Shown: piece after piece, positions 33,887 through 45,911 of the stretch
Position numbering within the stretch: the first letter of the stretch is position 1
Layout of the letters: each line of letters begins with the position of its first letter
Assembly: GCA_020184695.1 (NCBI GenBank)
Contig: JAANOX010000248.1
Coordinates: forward strand, 186,001-250,000
DNA: 64,000 nt
Reading direction: 5' to 3'
DNA from: Histomonas meleagridis 2922-C6/04-290x
Taxonomy: Eukaryota > Protista > Parabasalia
Made by a program: the position numbers and the translations under genes
Notes under the pieces: model-generated
Databases searched by the model: none
Seen by the model: only the letters and a program-made list of their open reading frames with translations
What the model was told of the DNA's origin: nothing

Positions 33887-34911
33887 TGAAACGAACTTAC
33901 ACGTAAGTTCCCATGGGAATGTGCTATTAATTAACATAAATTGTTTATTTGATTAAACTTAATATTTGAAATATTTTTTATGAGGGAAAACAAGGTAAAG
34001 ATCAATTTACAAGTATTCTTATAAATGTTATTATAAATACATTATTTTATTAGATTAATAATATAAAACTGTAAGAGTTATTAGAAAAATAAATGCAAAA
34101 AGAAAATGTTAAGGTGGTGCTTTTGCTAAATAACACATGCAATATACATGTATATACATGAAGGATATTTACAATACAAATTTGAAGTATCAAAAGATTG
34201 AAGAATTCATTAACTTGTTATAAACTACCTTCTTATTTTTAGATAATTATTCCTGACTATTTTAATTTATCTGTTGGCCTTTAAGGAAGTAATATTATTT
34301 ATCATATTTTTAGAATAAAAAGATATTTGATAAGTTGGCATCTTCTCAAAATAAAATAAAAAAAGTCAATGTAAAAATGTAAAATATTATTTTGATATTT
34401 GTAATAATTTTTTCAATAAAACAAATATTTTTTTAGTGTTAATACCAATTTTTTTTTGTTCGAGAAGTAATTTAATTTTTTTCAAATTATCAAAATAAAT
34501 ATTAATTATAATAAATAAAAATTTTTTGCATTAATATCAATTTATACTTATTCAAGGAGTAATTTCAATGTTTATAAATTTTTGTTATAAACTTTTTAAA
34601 ATGATCTAACATCTTACTCGTTCTGAGATATTTATCATTGAAGCTTAACATTACATTTCTAATCTCTATGAACACAAAATGCAATAATTTAAAATATATT
34701 ACCAACAAATCCAAAATCAATCCTAAAACAAATCCTCAAAAAAACTTTTGAATTATTTTATACAAATTAAATTATCATTTGTATACACAAAACATAGAAA
34801 ACAAATACCAACACCAGTATAATTTATTGTAAAATCGTATTCTAATTGAACTGGTAAAATTCCTTTTTTAAATATAAAATAAGTTCCACAAAATCGTCTC
34901 GAAGATATCAT

Positions 34912-36510
34912 TTATATCCATTGGTCGTCTTCTTCATTAGCAATTAATGTGTTAAATTCAGTGTTAACTTGTTCAACTTTTATACATTCTGATGACTGCG
35001 AACGTATTTGCGATTTTGTGGGTGAAATTTCACTTTTGTTGTTTCGTATTATGAAGATAACAAGTCCAATGAGGATAAGAACAAATGCCACTGCACCGCA
35101 GACAATGCCAACGATGACTTTCGATGAAAGCGCTTCGTTTTTTTCAGAAGACTGAATATCTGTCAGAACGAAATAAGTAAAGTCGTAATAATATGTGGTA
35201 TAAAAACATATTGTGTATTCGTAATAAATAGATTGGGTGTAATAGTAAGTGTATGTGGAATTGGTCACAGTAACAAATATTGTGTGAGACAAAAATGTGT
35301 TGTTGACGAGTAATGTCTGGGTAATAGATATATAATTTGTTAAAGAATATGAATATACAGTACCTTGTGTGAGTGCATTTGATAGCGAGAATGAATTTGA
35401 TTTAGAAATTGTATTACTTCGTGTAAATGTATTCGATTTAGTGAATGTATTTGACTTCGAATATGTATTACTTTGCGAAAATGATTCTGAATTTGTAAAT
35501 GTGTGCGTTGGCCAGTGATACGGATTACATCCATCAATTGGTGTACCTTTGATTACATTATATGATCCAAACGTATCTCCTTTATATAAATCAGATGTCA
35601 TAACAATTGTTGTTGATGATTCATAGAAAATATTCTCAGCGATGTTGTCTGGTGACTCATAACCCAAAAAATAAATACATTTGAGATTTGTGCAACCACC
35701 AAATGCATAATCACCAATAAATGTTACATTTTCTCCAATTATAATTGTATATAATTTAGAACTAAATTCAAATGCACTGGTTTCAATTGATGTAACAAAA
35801 TTTGTTATTGTAATATTCATTAATGAACATTTATAAAATGAATAACTTCCAATAGTTTTTAATCGATTTTTGGAATGTAAAATGTTTCATTTTGTTTTCC
35901 TAATGGATAACAAATGATCGTAGTAATTCCTTTATTATAAAGAATACCTTTTTTATCTTTAAAATATTCATTCCCTTCTAAAACGTGAATATTGTTAAGT
36001 GATGTACATTCAGAAAAAACACGTGGTCCAATTGTTGTTACTGAATTTGGTATTGTAATATTCATTAATGTACTACACCCATTAAATGCAGAATCTCCAA
36101 TTGTCATAACATTGTTTCCAATAACAACTGTGTTCAATTGAGAACATAAACAAAATGCAAAATCATTGTTCCCCAATGATAACTGTTTTTAATTTAGAAC
36201 ATGATTGAAATGAATTATTTCCAATCGTATTTATATTATAAAATTCAGCTGAGTATAAAGAAGTCCATTTTGAAAATTCATTTGCTTCCATATTTTCAAT
36301 ATTATATTGAATAATAATATGTTCTGTTTCTTCTTTATATTCACCTCTTGATTCATATTCACTTGAATTAGTTATAATAAGAGTTTTATTCGTTTCATTA
36401 AATATTTCTTTCGATCGAATAAAAAAAATTATAAATAATATTGGAATGATTTGATATTTAATTTTCTCTTTTTTATATTTATTATTAAATGTTTTTAAAT
36501 ATTTAATCAT
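34912..36510 (-). pseudogene. BspA-like leucine-rich-repeat surface protein in three frames (LRRs, S/T-rich stalk, TM helix, short tail)
   Basis: TpLRR motifs (IGNNSFQSC..L, IG..AF.GC..L..I.IP.SV..IG), SNTF(S/T)K stalk, TM VIVGIVCGAVAFVLILIGLVIFII, tail EEDDQWI. Frame breaks near 36170 and 35865. Confidence 0.8.
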
Positions 36511-37319
36511 AATAACGGCAGTAATAAATAAAGATAATAAAATTATAAAATGATAATAGAAATAAATATTAATAATATTTTGATAAAAAATTCGTAAAAA
36601 TTCATGAATCAAAGAAATTTTTAGTAAAACTTTTGTTAAACTTATTTTATTTAATAATAATGATGTCTTATAATATGTTAATATTGATGACAAATTGAAT
36701 AAAAATTTAAAGACTTGATAATTCTTAAAATTTTGAATAAAAGAAATATAAAAATTAGAAAGGAATGAAAAATGATTATTTTTAACGTACACGATCTTCA
36801 TAAAACCATTAAATTTGATATTTGAAAAATTTTTAAGAATCAACAAATTTTGAAAATGTTGTAAAAATAATTTTCCAAACATTATTAAATTTTGTGACAT
36901 TTTTTGGATTTGAGATGGTATTTGAACATGAATAGTCATTAACAGAATACAGACTAGCATCGAAGAAAATTTGGATTGAGGCACTGCCGCAAAGGTTTTT
37001 TTTATGAATCAATTGAAAATTAAATTGGTATTCAATTATTAATATAAAGAAGCTTTTTCATAGAATGATTGTTCACAACGAATTCCTAACATGTCATAAA
37101 TTGCTTTTTGAATACTTTATCAATAAATAAACAATTTTGATATAAGAAAATTGAATGGAAAGCGTTTGTCTAACGGAGCTAAATTTCCCAGACTCAAACC
37201 CAAAATCTTTGTGTGTTCAAAAAGATTTTGATTGGTTTATCAATGATTTTTTAAATGGTTATTCGGTCAAAGTATCGTTAAACGTTCGAACGTTAAAACC
37301 TGACCAAATAAAATTTTTA

Positions 37320-38321
37320 ATGATTTCGTTGTTATTTTCGCTTGTTTGTTCGATTAATGATACAAACGTTGTATATTTAGATTCACCTGGGTTTCGGGAT
37401 AATGTTATTAAGAAAGATGAATTAACAACGTGGGTTATTCTTTTTATTGGAATGAACCATGAAAGTTGCATCAAAGCACATAAAGAGTTTTATAAAGCGT
37501 CAGAAATAATCCATGGAGTTGTTAAATTTGGCATTGTAAATATTACAAAAGAACCATTTTTACAACGGAAATTATCGATAAATTATGTTCCTTGCATTAA
37601 AATATATTACTCTGGAGGCGCCGAAGAATACAGAGGGAAGCAAAAAGCAAGCCATATTGTGTCATTTATCAGTGAAAAAATTCCAAATTTTGTAAGAACC
37701 TTTGATCGGAAATGGCTTGAAGAATCTATTCCATCAGTTGTTCTTTTCACTGAGCAAATCAAAGTTTCTGTTCTATGGGCTACACTTTCCATAAAGTTCA
37801 AAGATCAATATGTCCGATTTGGGATATGTAACGAATTCCATATTCATCGAGAATTTTCGATAGCCAAACTTCCAACGATTGTTTTCTTCAACAGTACCAA
37901 TCAAATTCGTTATCGTGGAAGTTTTACTGAAGAAGAATTATCAGATTCAATTTCAAAATTCTTGAACGGAACTTTAGAGATAAACGACACATTTGATGAC
38001 GAAGGCTTTTATCGGATGGATGAGTTTGCTGCCCAATGTCATGGTCGTGATTTCTGCGTATTGCACACTGGAAATGACATATGCAACGAATATCGACAAA
38101 TACGAACACTGTGCAAGCGGCAGCAAATGAAATTCTTTTATGGAGAAGGAAACCTTCCGTTTAAGCAAATGAAAGAAAATATGTATTACATATGGAACCC
38201 AAGAAAAAAGGGATTTGTCATAGTGGAGGACATTGACGAGCTAAGTGCGGCATTGGATAGAGTGGTTGACGGCGGTGCAAAGTGGATAAAGGCTGAGGAA
38301 TTGCATAATGAAGAACTTTGA
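37320..38321 (+). CDS. ER thioredoxin-domain (PDI-like, redox-inactive) protein
   Basis: Signal-like MISLLFSLVCS at 37320, thioredoxin folds (..I.YVPCIK, I.KLPTIVFF), C-terminal NEEL. The track's start (37155) is probably too long. Confidence 0.65.
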   Translation: MISLLFSLVCSINDTNVVYLDSPGFRDNVIKKDELTTWVILFIGMNHESCIKAHKEFYKASEIIHGVVKFGIVNITKEPFLQRKLSINYVPCIKIYYSGGAEEYRGKQKASHIVSFISEKIPNFVRTFDRKWLEESIPSVVLFTEQIKVSVLWATLSIKFKDQYVRFGICNEFHIHREFSIAKLPTIVFFNSTNQIRYRGSFTEEELSDSISKFLNGTLEINDTFDDEGFYRMDEFAAQCHGRDFCVLHTGNDICNEYRQIRTLCKRQQMKFFYGEGNLPFKQMKENMYYIWNPRKKGFVIVEDIDELSAALDRVVDGGAKWIKAEELHNEEL

Positions 38322-38785
38322 TTTGTAAATTGTTTTGTAAATAATTTTTTTATATTGAGTTTTTACAACAAAATAATGAATCCATTTATCTGTGAAGTAA
38401 TGAGGAAAAATTTGAGATATCAATGAATAAAATCCGTGACATTAAAATCTTTTCGAACAAATTTTGGCTAAATCAAATGTTATAAAAAAAATCAGATAAA
38501 ATGTATATCAAATAGATTAACTTTGCATTGCTTTGGAAAATTCCTAAATCATAAAGACACTTTCCGATAAAGTTTTGTATTAGTTTTAGTATAACCAATG
38601 GTTTTGTAAAATAACATATTAATCTAAAACAAAATGAAACACAAATATAAAGCAACACACACCTGTTATTGCCAAACGCTGTGACACTTTGCTACGTAAC
38701 TGATCAATAAAAAAATATAAATCAGTTTAAATTAAAGCGTTTTTTAGAATATTTATTGTAATGCTAAAATATATTAATATTTTTT

Positions 38786-41700
38786 CTACGCTTTTTCGGT
38801 TTCATCCTTTTTCTCTTTCTCTTCGTTATGTCTATGCATTAACATGCAAGGGAAAAGGAAATGCCCAGCGCCGCAGTCACAAAATGCCGGACCACTACCT
38901 GACTGCGTTACGTCGTGGCCCTTGTGACATACCTTAGCGCATTCCTCGCAAAAACAGAAATTAATTCCTGAGTTATTCATGCAAGTTCTGCACCTATAAT
39001 ATCTATTGTGGTTTACCATTGTGTAACCAGTTTGCTCGAATGTGCAATGTCCAGGTATGAAAATGTCTCTGCGATTACCGGAATTCATCATCATTTCACT
39101 ATTTTGTTTTCTTCTTGCGATCAAATCAATAATTTCTTTCTTGTTCATTAAACCAGTTTCATTAAGAATTGTTTTCTCATTGTTATCTTTAATGTTGACA
39201 TCAATTTCCTTTTGTTCGAGTAACAATTTCACAATATCATTATGACAATTACGAGAAGCCTTTAATAAAGCAGTATCGAATTAACAAAATAAATTCCAAA
39301 TATTAATATGAAACAGTAAATCATATATATTAACATTAGTATCTCTTGCATTAATATCGATACCATTTTGTTCAAGAAGTAAATTAGCGATTTCGCTGTA
39401 ACCTAATTCAGACACAATCATTAAAGGTGTTTTAAATGAATATAATAAATTCCAAATGATATTTTGATATATTAAATCAATCGAATAAATAGTTTTAACA
39501 TTAACATCAATTCCTTCTTGTGTAATAAGTATTTTAACTATAACAACATAACAATTTAATACCGCTAATACAAATGCTGTATTTCGAAGTATTATAATAA
39601 AACTTCAGAACATTTAAATAAATATTTACACTTAAGCTATTAATACCTTTTTGTTTGATGAATAAGTCAATGATTTCTGCTTGTCCATTTAATAAACATA
39701 ATGTAAAAACAGTTTTAAATAATTCGGAAAAACTTCGAAAAGTCATATAAATGAACATCACTTGTATTGATTTCGATTCCTTCTTTTTCAAGTATTAATT
39801 TAATGATATCGATATGACTCTTTGAAGCTGCATGCATTAATGCTGTTTTATATATAATAAATGAACACCAAATATTTGAGTTAAACTTCAAATAATGAAG
39901 TTATATATTATCTCTTGCATTAATATCAACATTATTTTGGTCAAGAAGTAATTTAACAAGATCAGTATGACCATTTAATGCTACAATCATTAAAATTGTT
40001 AAAAATCACATAAAGAAACACCAAATATTATAAACAATTTCTATATTATTCAAATAGATATTATCTTTGATATTAATATCAACATTATCTTGTTCAAGAA
40101 GTAACTTAACTATATCCGGTTTATCATTTTTCAATGCTAAAATAAGTGCTGTCTTAAATACATTAAATAATTTCCAAATTAAATTTTGAATTTTCATTTG
40201 ATAAAAACAAATTCTAAATATAACAAATAAACATTTTTAATGTTAATATCAATTCCTTCGTGTTCAAGTAATAATTTAACTATTTCTGTACGGCCGAATT
40301 GTGCTGCATAAATTAATGCTGTTTGAAATAAAATGAATAAATTTTAAATATTTTTTAATAACATTATATTGACAAAACTAATATTAAGTAAAACAAATAA
40401 ATATTTTTAGCATTAACATCAATTCTTTCTTTTTCTAAAAGTAATTTAGTAATTTCTACACTTCCATTATACGCTGCAGACATTAAAGCTGTATAAAATC
40501 AACGAAATGAATTCCAAATATTATTTTGATATTTGAAATCAACAAAATCGATTTTATCTTTGTTGTTAACATCAATTCCATTTCGTTCAAGTAACATTTT
40601 CGCGATATCATTATTACAACATTTAATAGCCACAGAAAGAGCTGTATCAAAACTAACAAAAAAACTCCAAATCTTTCAAACAAATATTAAATCATTATAA
40701 CAAACATAAAATATTACATATAAATATCATTTGTTACATTAATATTAAGTTCTCCATGTTCAAGAAGTAACTTAACTACATCAGTATAACCATAACGAGC
40801 AGCAAAAAGTAATGGTGTGAAAAACATTTATAATAAACATCAAACATTTTTTAGAAACACGAAAAATACCTAAAAAACATCACCTCTCACATTAACATCA
40901 ACATTTTTATTCTGAAGAATTAACTTAGCGATTTCTTCGTAACCATTTCTTAATGCTAAAATAAGTGCTGTATCATATTTCTAAAATAAATTCCAAAAAT
41001 AATTCAAAAACTTTATGTAATTAAAACAAATTCTACATATAACAAATAAACACTTACTCCATTAACATTAATTCTTTCTTGTTCAAGTAATAATTTTGCA
41101 ATTTCTATTTCATTCTTTTTGATTGCCATAATAAGTGCTGATTCAAATAATAGAAACAAATTCCAAATTTAACATTGAAATTTTATATCATTAAAATTAA
41201 CTCTAAATATAACTTATAAACATTTGTTTGATTTATATCAATTCCTTCTTGTGCAAGAAGTAATTTTACTGTTTCCAAATAACCTTTTTTAGATGCTTTC
41301 ATTAATGATGTTTCAAATGATTTATATAAACATTAAATTATATAATCAAATTTTATGATTTTGTAAGTTTATGTTAATTCCTTTTTTCTCAAGTAAATCG
41401 AGCATTTGTTGATTACATCTTTTCAATTCATTAATAAGTGATTCTTGAAATCGTATAAATAAATTTCAAATATAATAAAGAAATTCGAAATGTTGAAATT
41501 ATACTTTAAACATTATAAATATATCTTATCAAAATTATTTGTTAGATTTTCTTGTTCAAGAAGTAACTTAAGGATTTCATTATGACGACTTTCCAATGAT
41601 TTCATAAGTGTTGATTTAATTATCAGGATTTAAGGATTCTGTGTGTCATATAATTTCATTGTATTTTCAATCGATAACTTGAGGTTTTCTTGGTTAAGAT

Positions 41701-41818
41701 CAATAATTATTTGCATGAGTGAGTTAGGGATTTGCAAATGCATAGATTGATTTGTAACATATTCAGCTTCATTCTCAATCTCGTTTGTTGCTGGTGTCGG
41801 ATTAAGATTGCTTTGCAT
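38786..41818 (-). CDS. Segmented ankyrin gene (locus D): 62-aa family N-terminus, 16 ankyrin units with 15 spacers, one uninterrupted linker, C-terminal UBR-box zinc finger
   Basis: Units STLMK, ESLIN, ETSLMK, ESALIM, DTALIL, FTPLLF, DTALSV, YTALMS, QTALIY, KTALIL, LTILMI, KTALMH, KTVFTL, NTAFVL, KTPLMI, DTALLK; then DVNIKDNNEKTIL continuous; CTF..YRCRTC..CEECAKVCHKGHD..FCDCGAG. In-frame TAA at 41630-41632 and no DUF3447 core, so it may be a pseudogene. Confidence 0.7.
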
Positions 41819-42885
41819 AATGAAAAATGAAGAAGAAAGGCTGCATGTAAAAACGATTCACTTCATTGAAAATTTCAATTAAACAAATGTTTGTTGGGGG
41901 ATGTTTGACACAAAGGAATAACCCCCTCAAAAAAACCCCTCACTGACCATTTAAAAATTGGGCAATATCCATTCAAATTCAACTTTTTGATATGATTTTA
42001 TCTGCTTGGCATATTTAATAAAGAATGAACTAACTTTTATCAAAGGTGAGTTCATAATAGACAGTCACTATGCCTTTAATATATAACAGAGTTTTTTCTG
42101 TTCGACTGATAATGAATGGAAAATAGATAAATTATCCCACGAACAGATTAAAATGGAATATAGAAATCTACATCTATTATAAGACAAAAAATTTTAAATT
42201 TTTGATTAAAGATAATATATATATCATTATTTGTTATCAAATTCAGATATTTTTTTTTATGTCAATGAATGTAATAGTTTCACAAGAACACGACATCTTC
42301 TATGATTTATCTGGTCTTTAGAACTTATTGCAAATAAATAATCCGCATTGTATGGAAAGAGAAACTCTAAGCTAATGTCCTGAATGAAAATCAGATCAAA
42401 TATTCGATAATCATGAACACATCATCCAACCTATTATCTATTCAATTAATGGAAGATCAAAAGGATTGATTTTTACTTTCTTTGGTTCCAATTTTTACGG
42501 ACATTTTAAGTGTTTTAGGCAAATCCATATGCATTTATATTCATTTTACCAATTTTCAATGATTTTTACAATTGGTATTGACTAGATCCTAATTTTTTGG
42601 AAAATTTTTTAATTTCATATTATAAAAAATTATAGTTTTTGAAACATAACCTTAAGTCTTATTACAAATTCATTCTTTAAAATATATGTAAAAGTTTCTA
42701 TTCCTATAATTTCATTTTCATTTTTTTGATTATGATCAATGAAATGCAATTTGAAAAGTTTATTTAAAGTGACTCAATAATTTTTCAAAAATTTTAAAAC
42801 AACAAAAAATCAAAACTTTTAACATAAAAATATTTCTTTTTTAGTTTTTTATTTCGAGTTTCATTTTAATTTGGTGTGTGTATGT

Positions 42886-43875
42886 TTATTTAGGAATAAG
42901 CATTCCAAGCTGCATCAATAAATAATCCTTTTCTATCTTCAAATCTTCGTCCTCAACCTCTCCGAGCAAGTCGTTGATGTAAGGAATCAATTTTTCTGCA
43001 TTTGCACGGAGAATCTTCACAATCGACTCCGGCTTATGCTCATTAACAACAAACAATTTGAACACGTGGAAGGCTTCCATCGATATGTTATGGTACGAAG
43101 ACGCCATCAAGTCCATGATGACCATCAAATTTCGCGGATCTGCCAAATACGTTTCTTGGAAGCTTTGATAAGTAATTATGATCTCTCCTATCAGCTTCAA
43201 AGTTTGGCGGCACATAGCATAATTCTCTTCAATCAATGTGCTGTGAAGACGTTTGATTATTGATTCATTGTTCGCCTTTAAAAATTCTTCGGCTTGTGGT
43301 GCGTTAAGAAGCAACTCTCGAAACGTTGCAAATGAATCTGCTGAAACATCGAAATTAGGAGCAAAGAAATATGTGAATAATTTATCAAGCCTTTGGTCGG
43401 TTAAGAGCTCTTTTGCAGGGCCTTCATATCGAGCACATTGCCTAAGCATTTCTCCGGTGCAAACAGCAAGTTCTGGATGGTCATAAAAAGAAAGGATTTT
43501 ATCTATAACTGTTGGGTTATTTTGAATCCAAGTAGCAACTGGATGTTCACTTTGAGATTGCTGTGCAATGGATCCCGTAAAGATAATTGCAAATTGCTTT
43601 CTTTGTTCAGAAGATAAATTTAATAAATTATCTAATCCAAGCATTATTAAATTCGAATGTCCGATTTCGTTTGCTAATTGGAACGCAGTTGAATCACTTT
43701 CATCGCCATCCTTCTTTTTAAATAAGATTTCTACCATTTGGGCAAAATAACGATTTATCTTTTTTTGTAATTCTTCTAAATTTGTTGGGTCACCTAAGAA
43801 TTGTGGATAAGCAGTTAATGCTATTACTGTTTTGTTAACAACCTTCAGAGGTTTCGCGTTTGAGGAAGAGCTCAT
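42886..43875 (-). CDS. CAB39: MO25/CAB39/Hym1 family protein
   Basis: GEMLRQCARYE, NFDVSADSFATFRELL, RQTLKLIGEII, NLMVIMDLM, EAFHVFKLFVVN. Confidence 0.9.
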   Translation of the reverse strand: MSSSSNAKPLKVVNKTVIALTAYPQFLGDPTNLEELQKKINRYFAQMVEILFKKKDGDESDSTAFQLANEIGHSNLIMLGLDNLLNLSSEQRKQFAIIFTGSIAQQSQSEHPVATWIQNNPTVIDKILSFYDHPELAVCTGEMLRQCARYEGPAKELLTDQRLDKLFTYFFAPNFDVSADSFATFRELLLNAPQAEEFLKANNESIIKRLHSTLIEENYAMCRQTLKLIGEIIITYQSFQETYLADPRNLMVIMDLMASSYHNISMEAFHVFKLFVVNEHKPESIVKILRANAEKLIPYINDLLGEVEDEDLKIEKDYLLMQLGMLIPK

Positions 43876-44286
43876 TTATATGGTCACTTTTTTGACTCAA
43901 AAAAATAACCGCCTTAAATTTCAATTGTATATTCAAAAATGGTTTTCAAAACGGTGTATATAAAAAGCGTCATATAATAAGCGGTTGAATATAACAAATT
44001 ATCAGTTCTTTATCTCTACCTGTTGAAATACAATAGACAACTATATAGAGTAATATTTATTTTTGACGGATTGGAATATTTTTTTAATGAATTACAGAAT
44101 AATATTTTGAAATATTTATGTAAAATTCATCCTGCTTAACATTATAACGCATTATTGTGAGATAAATTAAAATATAATTGGATTATAAATTCGAATTGAA
44201 AAAATGATATGAATAAAATATCATCTGATTACTTCATTCTGTTTTATTATAAATATAAGTGATGTTTTTGAACATAAATATCAGAA

Positions 44287-44358
44287 GTCTCCGTAGTCTA
44301 ATGGTTAGAATAGGAGTTTAACACGCTCTTGACGGCAGTTCGATCCTGCCCGGAGACA
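44287..44358 (+). tRNA. tRNA-Val(AAC)
   Basis: Acceptor GTCTCCG/CGGAGAC+A; anticodon arm GGAGT-TTAACAC-GCTCT; T arm GGCAG-TTCGATC-CTGCC; 72 nt. Confidence 0.9.
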
Positions 44359-44366
44359 TTTTTTTT
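44359..44366 (+). terminator. Pol III oligo-T terminator
   Basis: T-run directly after the tRNA discriminator base. Confidence 0.7.
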
Positions 44367-44917
44367 GATTTATCTAGTGTATGAATATATATCTTTTCAT
44401 TAAAAAAAAAAATTAATTAGGAAAAAAAAATAAATTAGTATACTGAATTTTTAAATTTATATCAAAATATGAAATAATTTTTGTGGTGTCAGTTTTCCTT
44501 TTAAATTAATGAACAGATCTGTTGATTATCAATAAAATTTATAAATTTAATTTAATAATATTTTAATCAACAAATCAATTCCTTTAATACTTTTAGGATT
44601 TTTTTTTGTCTGTGTTGCATGTTTTATATATATTTATTTTTTAATAATTTTGTTCATAAAAATTCGCACTATTTATTACCAATTTCTCTTAAATTGGATG
44701 CTAAAGCATCCTATATTTTTTTTAGCTATTGGCTTTTATTGATAAATAATTTTTTTAATGATTCTTTCCTAAATTTAACAAGGTGAAGTGATGAGTGTAA
44801 GGCCTTACAACAAACGCGCTTGCATTGAATTTTTTAATAGTTTACTATAAATTGAATTGAAAGTGTCACAAAGATTTTGGTTCTGAGTGCTGAACACTCC
44901 ATCACTTCATTTTCGTA

Positions 44918-45313
44918 ATGAGACAAAAGAGTTCGGGCTCGAGAAAAATTAAATCAATAACAGTTACGGCGCCGAATGGGATGGTTGTAACGATTCCTCT
45001 AGTGAATCAAAAGATCAACGCCAATTCTAATGACTTACAGAGACTTGAACAAATAGGCAACAATATTCGAAGTAATTTTCTGCAGCAAGTACACAATGTT
45101 GCAGAGGAAGAAATTGTACAGCAAACAGACATCAGAAATAATTCTGAATTTATACAACAACAAGATAACGTTACCAAAGAAAAAATGATGCAACAAGTAA
45201 GCAAAGAAACAGATCTGTTCCCATTTTCATACTTTGGGTCAGATGAATTTGATTGGGATCAGCTTGAATTTGATTGGGATCAGCTTGAATTTGATTTTAC
45301 CAATCAAAGTTAG
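44918..45313 (+). CDS. Hypothetical protein with duplicated FDWDQLE at the C-terminus
   Basis: 131-aa ORF preceded by an Inr-like TCACTTCATT; 21-bp tandem duplication. Confidence 0.55.
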   Translation: MRQKSSGSRKIKSITVTAPNGMVVTIPLVNQKINANSNDLQRLEQIGNNIRSNFLQQVHNVAEEEIVQQTDIRNNSEFIQQQDNVTKEKMMQQVSKETDLFPFSYFGSDEFDWDQLEFDWDQLEFDFTNQS

Positions 45314-45911
45314 AAGAAACATCAGTAGCCAGTGATTACAAGTGGTTGTACTACTTTAAAAATCACTTTAAAAAATAATTTGTTGAAAATATCTTTTTGT
45401 GATCATCTTTGTAAATTCTTAGTATGTTTTGATAAGTTACAATCTTGTTTCTAAGAATGTAAAAACTTATAGCCTTGTTATGAATTTTGGGCTTTTTGTA
45501 ATAACATATGTTAGATTTATCACTTTTTCTTTCTACTTCTCCTGCTATTTATCGCAAGTTTTTGTAAGATATTTTTTAATGTGATATCATGAAAATTATT
45601 CATCTAGTTTTAATATGAAATTTTTAATGCATTATTTTGGAATAAATAATCTTATGTAATAAATAACAAGTTCAATTGCTTTAATTTGAAGTAATGTCTT
45701 CAATCAAAAGTTTGAATCTTTTTAAACATTTTAAAAAAACATCTATTAATAATTTTCAAAAAAATACTTGTATGAATTTCAACATCACTAAACAGCGATT
45801 CATTAATGAACTCTCAGCTGATGAGAGTGGTGATAAGTAAATATTTTTCCTTTTAGGATTGGTGTATTTGATAAAAGTGCCAGTAAAAGGTCATAATTTT
45901 CCAAACCAGAA

